DNA of 64,000 nt from Lingula anatina (GCA_051362555.1 CM120640.1:6820001-6884000); one strand, 5' to 3'; shown: positions 23,165 through 36,177, counted from the stretch's first letter. The notes: generated from the letters alone by a model not told the origin. Program-made: numbers and translations.

Positions 23165-26100
23165 TCACATTGAAGTTAACTGTTCTTCTCCATTCTCGTC
23201 AATTGCTGTTGTTGGATTCTGTATTTGCATCAATCATTTTTTTCAGATAATTCTAATATTACTATTAAAATATGTTACCTTCCTAAGTTCTTATACAATT
23301 ATATACTGTAGTATTGAGTATTTACTGCATTACATGATTCAAGACTGAAATTTCCATTTTTCTGGAAAAGAGGTATCTATAATAATGAAAGCAACGATGA
23401 ATTATTTTAATGATACTGACCGTGAGGACAATGCTTAACGATGATATTTGGCTATGCAAAGTCTTGCACTTGCTGCACGCTGAAACAAAAAATAACAAAG
23501 TTTAAAAGTTTTTATTGCCTACCAAATGTACCATCTAGATCGTTTTTTAGTACATCCTAACCAAAACTCACGCAAGACGAACAGGATGATATCAGTCGAG
23601 ATATCTTTATATGTTAAAAAGACGTGCAGGTACCTATCTCTACATTGAAGGTGGACTTCGAGGAGATTACTGAGTCTTCAAAAATTACACAAATAACAAA
23701 TACTTACCATGTTGACTGATAAACTCGTCTGCAACCCAGTTTCCGTGATGATGTTCTTTATTTGATCCCACATCTTCTCCTAAAACCCCATTGTCTTTTC
23801 TCTCTATTGGCGTTCCTCCCTGTCTGACTATATAGTGGTAAATAAACGTGGCTAAACATGCGCCAGTAATAGGGCCGACCCAGTACAGCTGTGGAGAAAA
23901 TAAGTCAGAAAAGCGTGTCAATTACTGTATATTCTTGTCATGATTCGACTTAATTCATGTTTATTTGGTTAATTTGTATGTGACGGAGTCTCTTTTTAAT
24001 CTTAGCATACACAAATAATAACCACCAAGAATAGCTCTGGAATTGTCTATTTTCTTTTTATTCTATTTGTTTATTTATTTGTTATTTAATATTATTGTTA
24101 ATTTGTATTATACGTAGCATACTCACCCAACTATGTTCCCACTTGCCAGCTATGAAGGAACGCCCAAATGATATACATGGGTTCAACATCGTACCAGATA
24201 AATCTCCCTAAAATATGAAAGGTAATCATTCTTGACATTAATAATTGATTTCTGAATATGAAAGAGGAGAATTTACCCGGAATGAACTGTATTATCATTA
24301 TTATTTAAGACGTAATCAACTATGTATCCGAATACAAAGGGCTTTAATCTATTGTGATGAACAAACACATGACTGTCAAAAATACACCCAACTGCATCTT
24401 CTAATCAAAATCAGTTTTGTTAATTACAGCTCCTCATATATAACAGCTTTTCAATACAAAATATTCTTCCAGACTGCCAAACCCTCCATCCGTTTGACAA
24501 TTACATAAACATTCAGAAAGGTTCATTCAATACATCAAGGTAACATAAGAACATAAGAACATACTGAACATGTCCATCCCATATACATTTTGACGTGACA
24601 GTACCACGATAGTCAAGGTTGTTCATTAAGGGGACACTGAAACTAAGAGACCATTCCCACAGATATTTAGATCGGTCTATCCCCCTGGGAGTCTCACGAG
24701 ATTGCTGTCAGCTTAACCGGCTTAAATGTCTGTCCCGCCTATTACTAGCTGTGAGTGGTAATTAACTTTTGTGCGCGCTCGGCTCCCGGAAGCTGACAGC
24801 AATTTAGCGTGAACCCCCAGGGAGTTAGGTCGATCCAGCTGGATCGTTCTAAATCTGACAGTTTTCGTAGATCGATCCAACTCCGCAGGAACTCTTGCTG
24901 TATGCAATCAGATTAAGAGATAAACATACCTCCTCCTTGCGTTGAGTAGAATACAGTAAAACTGATAATTATACGAGTTCTTTAAAAAAAACAAAAAAGG
25001 GGGAGGCATGTTAATCTGTTATTCAAATTGCATTCAGCGCTAGTCCCCACGAAGTTGGGTCGATCTACGTAGACTGACAGTTTCATTGGGAATGAGCCCT
25101 AGACTGATCAACTTACCCCGGTAACGATGGCTATTGTCACCGACAGTCCGATGGGCAGTCCCCAGGATGGGTCATATGGGTGATAGTGGGTATCAATAGA
25201 CCCCAGAGCAATGAAAACCACGAAAAATGTGTTAAACACTTCAATTCCAAAAGCTTGTGCCAGAGTCACTTCATGGTGATGCTGTACGTAGCCGCTGATC
25301 TGACGACCGGGTGGAACAAACCTGTATGAAAGAAGAAATTAAAGGAAAGAATGAAATCTTGCTGCATTGCGTCACCGTCCTTGCGCGAGTGATCTTGTCT
25401 TCACTCACACATAATAGTTAAATGTAAAATCCCTTTGCCATTTAATACTTGATCATGCCGAGGAAAGCAAACATTTCAGCATTCATCTCTGTGTATAAAT
25501 GTCAGGCCTAACCAACTACCAGACTCGGCACCTAAGGATCCTGAATTAACCGGTATATCGGACCACACTACCCGTTTTCAAGGTGTGTGTCAGATCGCAT
25601 TTCGGAGTATCAGCCAGAACACCGACAGGATAAGCCCTGGCATGCTCGGCTGTCACCTTGATTGGATAGTAAACGATTGTCGTAAAATCGCTATATGATT
25701 TTAAAACCGGGTGCATAAATTTGAAAGCCACCTAGATGCACCTTAGACTGCCACATTAATCTAATACAATGCAAAAAAAGCCCTATCAAAAGTGGTTAAA
25801 ACATTCAAACCGAATGTCGTAAAGTCCCCATATATCCCCATAGAGACAATAAAATGGAGTACTCTAAAGTAAGAGTACAGTTTAAGGTTGTTCAGCCGAG
25901 CGTGGATGAGCCCGCAGTCGTGCTACAAAATTTTTTCTGGGGTATGATACTCCGAAATGCGATCTGACACACACCTTGAAAACGGGTAGCGTGGTCCGAT
26001 ATACCGGTTAATTCAGGATCCTTAGGTGCCGAGTCTGGTAGTTGGGTAGGCCTGAATGTCTCTAAAATAGGGGAAATTACTGGAAACAACTACTTAAGAC

Positions 26101-27870
26101 ACTGTTAGTTAAATTTTTTTAAATTGCGTTTACTCTACTGTGAAATTTTCATTGACGCTTCCCTTACGCTTCAGGCAACCATGCTCCCAAAACTGCTCCG
26201 GTACACTGGGCAACGACATATATCAGCGCTACAAATTAAAAAGGCACTTAGACTGGGTTTCATTTCTAAATAGCAAGATACAGATACCAATTTGCAATAT
26301 AACGATTTTAAAATTACGATGGATAGTTTACTTTTTTCTCCAAACAAAACATTATCAGAAGTACCAACTGTGAATAAAGGAATTTAGGCATCTTTTGTCG
26401 TGAAAATAAACTGATGATCAATAAATACAATGTAAATAGAAAAAACGAGGATGGTTCCTTGAATTTGTGACACAATGTTAACCGGTGTTAATGGCCCAGT
26501 AGTTTAGGATAGCGGCAGGTGCTTTTGTCATGTTACCTTTCAGAGGCGTGAACTGCTTAGAAATGAGGAGTGCCAGACTCACTGCAGGGTTGATGTGCGC
26601 CCCGCTGACGTGACCAATAGCAGCATCAATACAGTACAAGCAGAAGCCTGGAAAAGCAATTCCTATAATATGCCATGTTTTAAGGAACTAAGGTTGAACA
26701 TTTGATGCTTTGAATTCCAGCTCTGCTCTGCATCTGTCAGATATGTTGCTCACAATTTTATTATACTTGCTGACTTAAACGATCATTGGAACAATAACCC
26801 TTTAAACATTTTCAGAACAAGAATTTTTAGGTGTGATATGTTTATAAGAAACTAAAGCTGAACATATGAAGCTTTGAATTTCAATTTACACTGCTCTGCC
26901 TCTGTCCGGCATGTGGCAGATACATGTAGCATAGTTGTACACAATTTTATTTAACTTGCTGGCTTAAACATTCAGTTACACTTTTAACCTTTTTTAAAAC
27001 AAGAATTCATTGGCCGTAGCTCACATAATTGTCATTTAATTAAAAGATGTAAACAATCTAAAGCAGCTTATATGAACAATTTAAAAATGATTTTATTCAA
27101 TAGGACAATTTTGCTTGGCAAATGCACGTTTTCATGAACTGCGTCAACCAAATCCGGCATAGTGTAGGCAATAACAGATGTGGCTGCAGCTGGGATTTTA
27201 AAACGTGTAACGTGCACCATTTGATAGTTTTACCAAATTATAAGTTACAATAATAAGTTCTTCCAACCACAGCTAAATATGGTGGCCCCTATTGGATATT
27301 TCGAGTTTTCGAGTTTTTGACTTTTCGAGTGTTCGAGCTTTTGACTTTTCGAGTTTTCGACTTTTTTACCAGTCATATGGCAACTGGGAAGATATTGCAA
27401 CAAATGAAACAAAGCTAATTATAACAAGGCAGCAAAGCTGTCAAATGTACAGACAAAAACCAGAAAATAAAAACGCAGGAAATAGGATACTGTCAATTCT
27501 GATGGACTAATGTATTATGCTTACTGTAACTGCATAGCCAACATCAAATTCCAATTCTGCATAACATTGGATTAGGATGAAAGTAAAATGTGTAACAAGC
27601 ATTAGACTGAGTTCCCATACCCAGATCAATCTAACAGGATCAATCCAACTCCAAGGGGTTTCTCACTAAATTAGGCATGACAGACAGCTAAGCCACTTAC
27701 ATTGATTGCAATTTAGCGAGAATTCCCTTGGAGATAGATCAATCCACAGATAGCCTGATAGGGTCTGGAAATAGTCCCTAAGGTTTCAGGCTGATAAGAG
27801 TTAAACTTTGGAAATGCCAGAATGAGATAAAGTGAAAATTTCACAAAACAAAAAAAAAAATTCCTTTAAC

Positions 27871-27952
<82 letters not shown>

Positions 27953-30900
27953 GGCTGTATGTCAATCCTAAGAATCATTCTTGTAACTTAACAAAATACA
28001 GAAAATGTTACAAAGTAGGAGTACAGGGCTCCTGGCAGATGGGAGTGATAAGTCACATCTTGAAAATACCAGTTTCAAAAATTAAAGAAAAAATTACAAA
28101 AATTTTCCACTAAAGCTGCCATTCAGTCTAGCTGCATAACCATGATATGAATTGGGTCTGTAAACTAGTCAGACTAATCACTCCTGTGAGTTGCAAGACA
28201 AAAGGCTGATTGGTTTTCCTTAAAATGTGTTATCAGTGTTGCATATATGCTGAATAAGGGAAAAAACAGCATAACTTTTATAAAAATAGTCCAATCAAGC
28301 CAATTTTAAAACTTGACCTGCGTATTATGAATATTCATCAGTTCTGTAAGTTTCAGTCCAAAAGGAAAAACATTTTTACACTTATCTTGTTATTCGTGTT
28401 ATAAAAATGCTGAAAATTTTGAAAAAAAAATGAATTATTTCCATAAAAATTGCCCAATCATGCTGATTTTCAAACTTGACCTGCGTATTATGAATATTCA
28501 TCAGTTTTGTAAGTTTCAAGCCAAAAGGTAAAATGGTATTCCACCTATTGTGTTATCGGTGCTGCATATATGCTGAAAAAAGTGAAAAAACATCATAACT
28601 TCCCTAAAAATGGCCCGATCATGTTGATTTTCGAACTTGACCTGCGTATTATGAATATTAATCAGTTCTGTAAGTTTCAAGCCAAAAGGTAAAACGATAT
28701 TTCACTTCTTGTGTTATCAGTGTTGCATATATGCTGAAAAAAGTGAAAAAACAGCATAACTTCCCTAAAAATGACCTGATCATTCTGATTTTTGAACTTG
28801 ACCTGCGGATTATGAATATTAATCAGTTCTGTAAGTTTCAAGCCAAATAGTAAAATGGTTTTCCACTTATCGTGTTATCGGTGCTGCATATATGCTGAAA
28901 AAGTAAAAAAAAAAACAGCATAACTTCCCTACAAATGACCCGATCATGCTGATTTTCGAACTTGACCTGCGTATTATGAATATTCATCAATTCTGTAATT
29001 TTCAAGCTGAAAGAAAAAGCGGTTTTCCACTTATCATGTTATCGGTAAAAGTGCACGGCGACGGCGACGACGGCGACGACAGACGCAGGTGATGGCTATA
29101 TGTACAGACACATCTGTGTCTGTACATAAAAATTATTACACACAAAGTCATATTTGAATGTTTCAAAGGTTTTATATTCCAAAGCAACTTTCCTCATTAA
29201 AATTACTTTCTTAATCATCCACCTTTACATATATATGCAATTTCTGTACTACTGTATTTCATACCTTGGCTGTCAGACCATAGCAGAATCCATAGTTTAT
29301 ACAAGGTATGTGGGCAGTCAGCTGTTAAGGTGTTGTTATGGTTAAGACTTAATTAAGAGTTTTATAAAAGTTATTGAAGACCTCTCACTTCCTGTCTCTT
29401 TTCATTTACTGAAAAATATAAATAGCACATTAGTAATCTGTCTTATCTAAATAAAATACAACCGATTAAACACCTGAAATAATAAAATCTTCATTTTACT
29501 CCAACAATTAAGAAGGTTCTATAGATAGTGTGTAACTCTACCCTTGACAAATCATAGCATTCGTTGAAAAATTGAGAAGTTCAGATCATGATGAAAAGTA
29601 GGTCAAAGGTCAACTTCAAGGTCTCAGTGAGATTGCCAGAATATGACCCCCTATACAAGTTCAAAGGTAACTATGGGCGTATCTCTGCCAGTTTTCGAGA
29701 TATAAGGGATAGAAAATTTGCAAAGTTCAGTTCAAAAATATATTTTCATGTAGGATTTGTGTCTTTATTATAAAGAATAAAACTGTAAGGCACTCTTAGT
29801 TTTGCTGTACCACTCATTGAGAAAATTACATTTAAAAAAATATGAATTAAAAATACAGTATGTGTAAAATTCACAATTGTCTGTGATTTTTCATTGAAAA
29901 GTCCATTTGATTTTTATAAAATGTCGTTCATTTTTTTAAAGAAATTTCTACTTGCCCCATTAAGAACATACAATTTTGTTGTTGAAGACATATCTTTGTA
30001 AAAGTGTGCAACCCAAAGCAACAAATTTTCAAACCCAAAATAATTCTGTAGAAACACCTAATGAAATACGAATATAATAAAATCAAATCAAAGCCTATGC
30101 TCAAAGATTGTCATCTAGATTGAATCATCTATTATTGATATTTTAATCTAAAAGTGTGCAACCCAAAGCATTCATATTGTCTAACCCAAAATAATTATGT
30201 GGACACATCCACTGAAATTTTAAGGAAATCAGCTTTGACATCAAGATTGGGTCATTTATTATTGACATATCAATCTAAAAGTGTGCAACCCAAAGCATTC
30301 AAATTTTGTAGCCTGAAAAAAGTCTGTGGTAGCACCATCTGATTGTTTCATTTATTATTACCGTTTAGTTAATTAAATTTTGAAATGAAAATCCAAATAT
30401 AGCAGTTATGTAAAAAGTCTGTGGTAGCACCATCTGATTGTATCATTTATTATTAACATTCAGTTAATTAAATTTTGTAATGGAAATCCAAAAATAGCAG
30501 CTATGTAAAAAGTCTGTGGTAGCACCATCTGATTGTATCATTTATTATTAATGTTCAGTTAATTAAAATTTGTAATGAAAATCCAAATATAGCAGTTATG
30601 TAAACAGTTTCATTATTATTGTTCCTCGTGATTTCTTAGAAATAAAGCCTGTTCAGCAGATTTCTCAAACTACAGTGTATGCCAACCTAAAAATGGGCAA
30701 CAAAGAAAAAAATGAGCTTGGTATAATTGTAGCTTTTCTACCATGTAGTATGGAGATCACGTTACCAATTCTAATGTTAAATAAAATATGACTTAAAGTT
30801 TAGTTTTACTCCAAGAATCATGAAGGCTCTATAGACAGTGGGAAATTCTACCCTTGACAAATCACAACAATCATTCAATTTTCAAGAGGAAGAAGTCGGT

Positions 30901-33900
30901 CCTATTTTTTTTAATTAAAAATGAAGGGCATATCTTGTTTTTTGTCGACAATAAAGCATGCCTAGCTATTAATATTTGCTTGTTCGAATTGCTTTTTAAA
31001 GTTCTGCTTCACTACAACTATTTTCACTATCACTGTTTTCTTTTATAATTTCTTCACTACATAAATTATCTAAGCTATTTAAACACTCCCCTTCACATAC
31101 ACAACTTGGTCCACATGTTCTATTTTTCTTCCTACATCCACAACGGTTGCCACACGTGGTCTACCTTCCTACAATTACAACCTTTCATTAAGAAATTAAA
31201 ATTATCCTGTGCTAATTTATCCACCTCATTTGTTGAGAATTTATGGTACCCCCATTCTAAGACATCTAAATACTCTATCCTATTCTGGCCTGCTTGTCCC
31301 ACATCTGTGCTATAGAACAAGTCCTTAACCAGTGTAACTCTAAGCTATCTTCTAGTGGCAATACATGCTCCAAGGATTCTACATCTAACAAAGCCGACCT
31401 TATATTACCTAACCAAATAGAAACATTTTCTGAATAACTGAGGTCCTTATTATACAAACTTCTGAAATAACTAATGCGGCTACTGTCTGAATTCACTGAC
31501 AAAAAAGCATTGCAGCATTTCCTAAAATAAAGACAACCTAACAGACAGTAAAAAGCTAATAGTCCACTTCAGTAGTTCCCTGCACCTACTTCATTAAGAG
31601 TTCCTACAGCAATTTTTCCAGATATAAAGTCAGCATACCTGTAAAATACAGAGAAGATTGTTTTTTACCAAATCCCCTTAAAAACTAGAGGATCAGAGAG
31701 GCGATACCGCCTCCGGATATTGTACCACCAGCTGGAGTAAGCGCATTCGAATGGACCCCCCCCCCCATAACAAAAAAAGGGACACCACCACCAATCTTGT
31801 GCTTGACAAGATCTATAAAATGCAATCAACAAAAGTTCTCAAAATATGCAAAAAAATATAACTAAAAATGGTACAATCAAGCAGATTTTTTAATTGACCT
31901 GTATTTTCCTAACATCACTCCTGTGATTCTGTAGACAATAGACCTATTGGTTTTCCTTGAAATGTGTTGTCAGTGTTGCATATATGCTGACAAAAGGAAA
32001 AACCTAGGGGCAACACTGGGCATACACTGTATCTCTGCTAGTTTTGAAGATATGAGGGACAAGAAAATATGCAAAGCTCAGTACATGGTGAAAAAGTAGG
32101 TCAAAGGTCAATTTCAATGTCACAGTATATGACTTCCTATTCCAGTTCAATAGTAACCATGGGCATTTCTTTGCCAATTTTGGAGATTTAAAGGCCAGAA
32201 AACATGCAAAAAGCAGTTCATCATAAAAGGTAGGTCAAAGGTCTATTAAATGGTCACACTTAGATTGCCAGTATATGACTTACTAAACAAGTTTAATAGT
32301 AACTATGGGTGTATCTCTGCCAGTTTTGAAGATACAAGGGACAGAAAAGTTGCAAAGCTCAGTTCATCGTGAAAAGTAGGCCAAAGGTCAATTTTAAGGT
32401 CACAGTTAGATTGCCAGTATATGACTTCCTATTCAACTTCAATAGTAACTATGTACCTATCTCTGCCAGTTTTGGAGATATAAGGGACTAAATGTTACAA
32501 TTTTGGATTTACAATAATGTGCCATAAATTTGGTACAAAAAAAATTAATTGAAATAAAGAAAAGGTCATTTTGGTTGAAATTCTTGAAATGGGAGGTGCT
32601 CAGAAAATCCAGATGTTCAAATTTCATGAAATAATGGCATTTTTGACCTGAAGTTGTCTGCCTCGCCAAGCCTTATGTTTTATTTTCCAGGGGTTCAAAA
32701 TTTATTACACATTACCGTATTGCACATTTTGCTTTCACCACCACAATGTAGTTTTTGATACAGAATAACTCGTAAACCGTATTGCAATCAAAAAAACGGA
32801 GACCACTACCAGTGTTGGGCTTGACATGCTCTACAAAATGCAAAAAATAATAGGTCTCTAGCATTAACGGTTCCCGAATTAGAGACAGTTTTCAGTTTCG
32901 GTATCTTATGTCCGCTATTCCGTGAAAATGCACTGATTGACCCCAACTCACGGAGCTTAAAGACCACCTGATGGGTAGCACCTGCCAATAATATCATAGG
33001 TTAAGTCTGTGTAGTTTCTGAATATCAGCGCAAATATTTTTTTTTTTTTTTGTAAAAAATTTCGTTTTTTTTTTTTTAATATTGGCCCATTTGACCTTGA
33101 AATAAAGGTCAAAGGTCAAATCCAAGGGCATATTTGAAATCTCCACATATGACTTCCGGTCAGCCGTCTGTAGAAATTTTTCCCATAATTCCTTTGGTAT
33201 GGTAGATATTTAGCACTTAATTTTGCCATTTTCGGACAAGGGTGCATTGCATTGCACCTAGACCCCAGCACCGACAAAGCCCAAATTTTAAGTGGAACGA
33301 GTTGAAATTATAGATGACCTAAATCCAAGAGATGGGTACGCAAGCCCTTGTAGTCTAGAAGGAGAAGCGGTAGCAGTAACATGGCGGAAAAAAAAACAGG
33401 CATTCCTCAGTGTAACATGCTACTTGTATAAAGACTAAAATGAGCAGAAAAAGAATCATTCAAAGACACCCTGGTGCATAGCACGAAATTCATGCACTAC
33501 ATGTAGCACTCCTATTGACAATTCAGATATAGGCAAAGCATATCAGAATCACCAGTAAGAAGTGCTTGTACATGAATTTTGCACTACCTGGTGCAAAATG
33601 AGAATAAAGGCCAAAACTTGCAGAGGGTTTTCAAATTTACAAATTTAACTACATGTATGAGTGAGCAGGATATTTAACATTTTACAATCATATAGTTTCT
33701 CTTTAGAAGACTCGCTCTCATTGCATGAATCACTTCAGGTAAATCCTCTTCAACTGATTTTCTTATTAAGTTCAATTTTACAAGACGTTTCCTCAAGTTA
33801 CCCTAGGTTCTAGATTCCGGTATTGCCAGCTCGATCTTGATTTAATATATAACCCATAGTAGCAATACCAGTAAAAGCGACTCCACCACAAGGTATATTT

Positions 33901-35484
33901 AACAAGCTAGCTTTTACGTTGCTCTGACACTCAGGGTACCTCAAGTAGGATTCACTAAGTATGAAATGAGAAAATATGTATATATACATTGTACAACAAT
34001 CTAAATAAATACTAAACATGCAAATATATTTTAACATAAAATGTATAAATATATGCAAAAATGCAAATGCTTGATGAAAGGGGGGTCAGAGAGAGAGGAG
34101 GGAGCAAAGATGACATCTTTCTGCAAAATAAAAAACAAATAAATAAATATGCAAAGCCCTCAAGGCTTGAGAAAACAGGTATTACATAAGACTACATCCC
34201 GATACTCCCCCGCACCGACACTCCCGCGCATCGACGTGACCCCTTACATAATCAGTTACAATATAATTAGGTTTGATGAGTGAGGTTACTAACCTTTCCG
34301 GTACCATATCATATGGAAAGTAATACTCACCTTACATAGGTGCCATGGGCAAGTGACATAGTTTTAGCAATCTCAGTTGCAGTGTGTCCAGCTTTAAAAT
34401 AATATCTAATAAGATTGTCACTTGCTTTCCGAGTGCTAAGTGTGTAAAAGTTCCGCAGCAAAAAGCCGTCCGCAGAAAAAAGTTGAATAGTCGAAAACTC
34501 GAAAAGTCGCAAACTCGAAAAGTCGAATATCCAATAGGGGCCACCATAGCTAAAAGCTGTATATTGTAAAACACAGTTGATGGGATCGTTTACTGGCTTT
34601 TATGGACCAGCGAAAACATTTATGTAATTTATCTCACACTGATACCGGATTCGAAAAATTAAAAGTTTATATATGGAGTAAATTGGATATTTCTCTTTTT
34701 TGTGTGAACCAGAACATTGATTTAACCTTCGTTAAAGTAGGACCATACTATTAAAGCTTATAGTAAAATTTTTGTGAAACCTGCTTATGGACTGGCTTTA
34801 AGGTTTAAGTATGAAAGGTATGGAAGTTAGCCAACCTTGTCCTCGTTATGCCTTATCCCAGTCCTCGTTATATACGCTATCCCAGTAAAATGAAACTGAA
34901 GGTCCGAGTAACAGAGAGCACAACCCCCACTAGCTTCATACAGGTAAGAAAAGCGCCACGTAAGTGGGTCAAAATGAGCTTACCTGTACACATTTTAAAC
35001 AAGACAAATACAAATGAACTTGTTAAAATCAGTGAGAACTAGTTTCAAGTATCACAAGGGACCATCTCGATGTACGCTTGTCTTAAATACCTTGAAATAC
35101 TAGGGACATATGTCACTAGCAAACTGACTTGAACTGCTTAAAGTCGTATTCTCAAATAAAAAGTTATAACTACGTTGTGTACGCCCTTTGTTATTTTCTA
35201 TGTGTGAAACACCATGTACAGGGGGCTTAAGCCTTTGGTGTTAGCTTTTCGGTTTTGTCTATTAGCTTTAGTATGGAGGACATCTTACCCATTCCTACCG
35301 CAATTCCTAACGTCGTAACATACTTGGGACAGTCAGCAAGGGCAATCGTCAACATCAAGCCGTTAGTTACGAGAATTAACGTTCCTATAATTTCTGCGCA
35401 CACGGCTCTCCAGAACTGAAGTGTTTTAATGTCTTTTATTTCACTTTGAAATTGATCTAAGACTTTCTCCTTCCAGATTCCCAT
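23165..35484 (-). CDS. Aquaporin (MIP family) copy B, 315 aa, NPA / NPC motifs
   Basis: Exons 35484-35289, 26647-26537, 26228-26168, 25321-25117, 24207-24127, 23888-23708, 23479-23421, 23218-23165; 948 nt open, canonical splice sites; ends EQLTSM*. Intron 1 is enlarged to ~8.6 kb by a transposon. Confidence 0.93.
25503..26054. mobile_element. Non-autonomous DNA transposon with ~108-bp TIRs in intron 3 of aquaporin B
   Basis: CAGGCCTAACCAACTACCAGACTCGG...CCGAGTCTGGTAGTTGGGTAGGCCTG flanked by AATGT on both sides; copy A has the empty site TATAAATGTCTC (~14291-14302). Confidence 0.9.
27606..27778. mobile_element. Short palindromic MITE; related copy at ~24645-24860
   Basis: Imperfect inverted arms ending GGAAATAGTCCC|TAA; shares a CAATTTAGCG..AA..CCC..GGAG motif with the intron-4 element of copy B. 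Confidence 0.45.
27874..27948. repeat. (TA)n microsatellite
   Basis: About 37 uninterrupted AT dinucleotides. Confidence 0.97.
28165..29132 (+). mobile_element. Helentron/DINE-1-like non-autonomous element (HINE architecture) with ~162-bp internal tandem repeats
   Basis: Five repeats anchored by ACTTGACCTGCG at 28311, 28474, 28635, 28796, 28960; then a (GACGGC)-type microsatellite, a perfect 14-bp stem TATGTACAGACACA-TC-TGTGTCTGTACATA (29099-29128) and an A-run. Left boundary approximate. Confidence 0.7.
30316..30603. repeat. Tandem repeat, 95-bp unit x3
   Basis: AGTCTGTGGTAGCACCATCTGATTG recurs at 30321, 30416, 30511. Confidence 0.9.
31075..31640 (-). pseudogene. Frameshifted C-terminal fragment of a transposase with a Cys-rich CXC-like tail (Academ-like)
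   Basis: Joined frames read YADFISG...[10 protein letters not shown]...[21 protein letters not shown]...EWGY...[10 protein letters not shown] / [27 protein letters not shown]. The family assignment is from memory of Academ transposase C-termini. Confidence 0.6.
31684..33430 (+). mobile_element. Second HINE-like / TGACCT-AGGTCA-rich non-autonomous repeat cluster
   Basis: Starts AAACTAGAGG with hairpin GAGGCGATACCGCCTC, shares sequence with the 28165 element, and has repeated ~140-bp AAAAGTAGGTCAAAGGTCA units. Boundaries approximate. Confidence 0.4.
33716..34420 (-). pseudogene. Spliced N-terminal helix-turn-helix remnant of the IS3EU-like transposase
   Basis: Exon ending 34331 ([29 protein letters not shown], donor GTGAGT) joins an exon starting 33954. 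After removing the 140-bp insert it reads [31 protein letters not shown]. No catalytic DDE region found. Confidence 0.7.
33799..33938. mobile_element. 140-bp MITE with 8-bp TSD (hAT-like) inside the transposase exon
   Basis: Termini TACCCT...AGGGTA flanked by CCTCAAGT at 33791-33798 and 33939-33946; excision restores the reading frame. Confidence 0.85.
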
Positions 35485-35569
35485 GGTGTTCGTTCTGGCC
35501 AAGACGCTGTGCTTGCAAACTTGTTAACAAGAGAATGGAAGAATGCTGTACGCTTGTCTGTGCTGTTGG

Positions 35570-35657
35570 AACTGAACACTCGCTGCGAGGGATTTTATAC
35601 GCGCACGCACGCCACTGATATATCTTTTATAGGAGCATCGATGGAGGAGGCGGAGTC
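35570..35657 (-). promoter_or_regulatory. Core promoter of aquaporin B
   Basis: TATAAAA 35599-35593, Inr TCAGTT 35575-35570, GC box near 35647; TATA-Inr spacing is 26 nt. Confidence 0.65.
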
Positions 35658-36177
35658 TACGGATATCTGGTTGGTTGGTTAGTTGGTTGGGAGCATTTGA
35701 CATTCTTTTACATAATTTTCATTTTATGATGCAAATTTAAGTTTAAAGTACCCCCAGAATTCCTCGTGAATGGAAAGACCCCCCCCCAGGCCCAACGCAG
35801 CTCATGAATGCCTGTTGTTCGTAAAAAGACCACTGGGTTTGTGTCAGGTATGTTCCTTATAAAATAACAGTTTAAAGTAAGATAACAAGCACCTTTTACC
35901 GAAGTCAAGTGCGAGGTCTTTGACACCCTTGTATGCAATCGATAAAACGAAAAAAAACAGCTTCCAGTATAAAAAGTATCATAAAGTGCATGAATTTCAA
36001 ATAGGCTTCATACGAGTTGTATCTAGCAAAGGTGATCCCTCGACACCCTACTGCGTTTTCATAATCTCAAGACTAACTAACTTGCCCTAACTACAAGTAT
36101 TTCTGAGTGTCATTGATAAAAAACACCAATAGGAGGTCCGCCTTCACATGGGTGCAGTAAAACATCATTTATCATTA

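Larger units (their letters stand above)
27278..34548 (-). mobile_element. 7.27-kb IS3EU-like DNA transposon, defective, with nested elements
   Basis: TIRs TATGGTGGCCCCTATTGGATATT / AATATCCAATAGGGGCCACCATA with subterminal TTTTCGAG repeats. 6-bp TSD GCTAAA (27272-27277, 34549-34554); empty site in copy A at ~16043. TAY..RTA termini with a 6-bp TSD are the IS3EU signature as I recall it. Confidence 0.8.
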
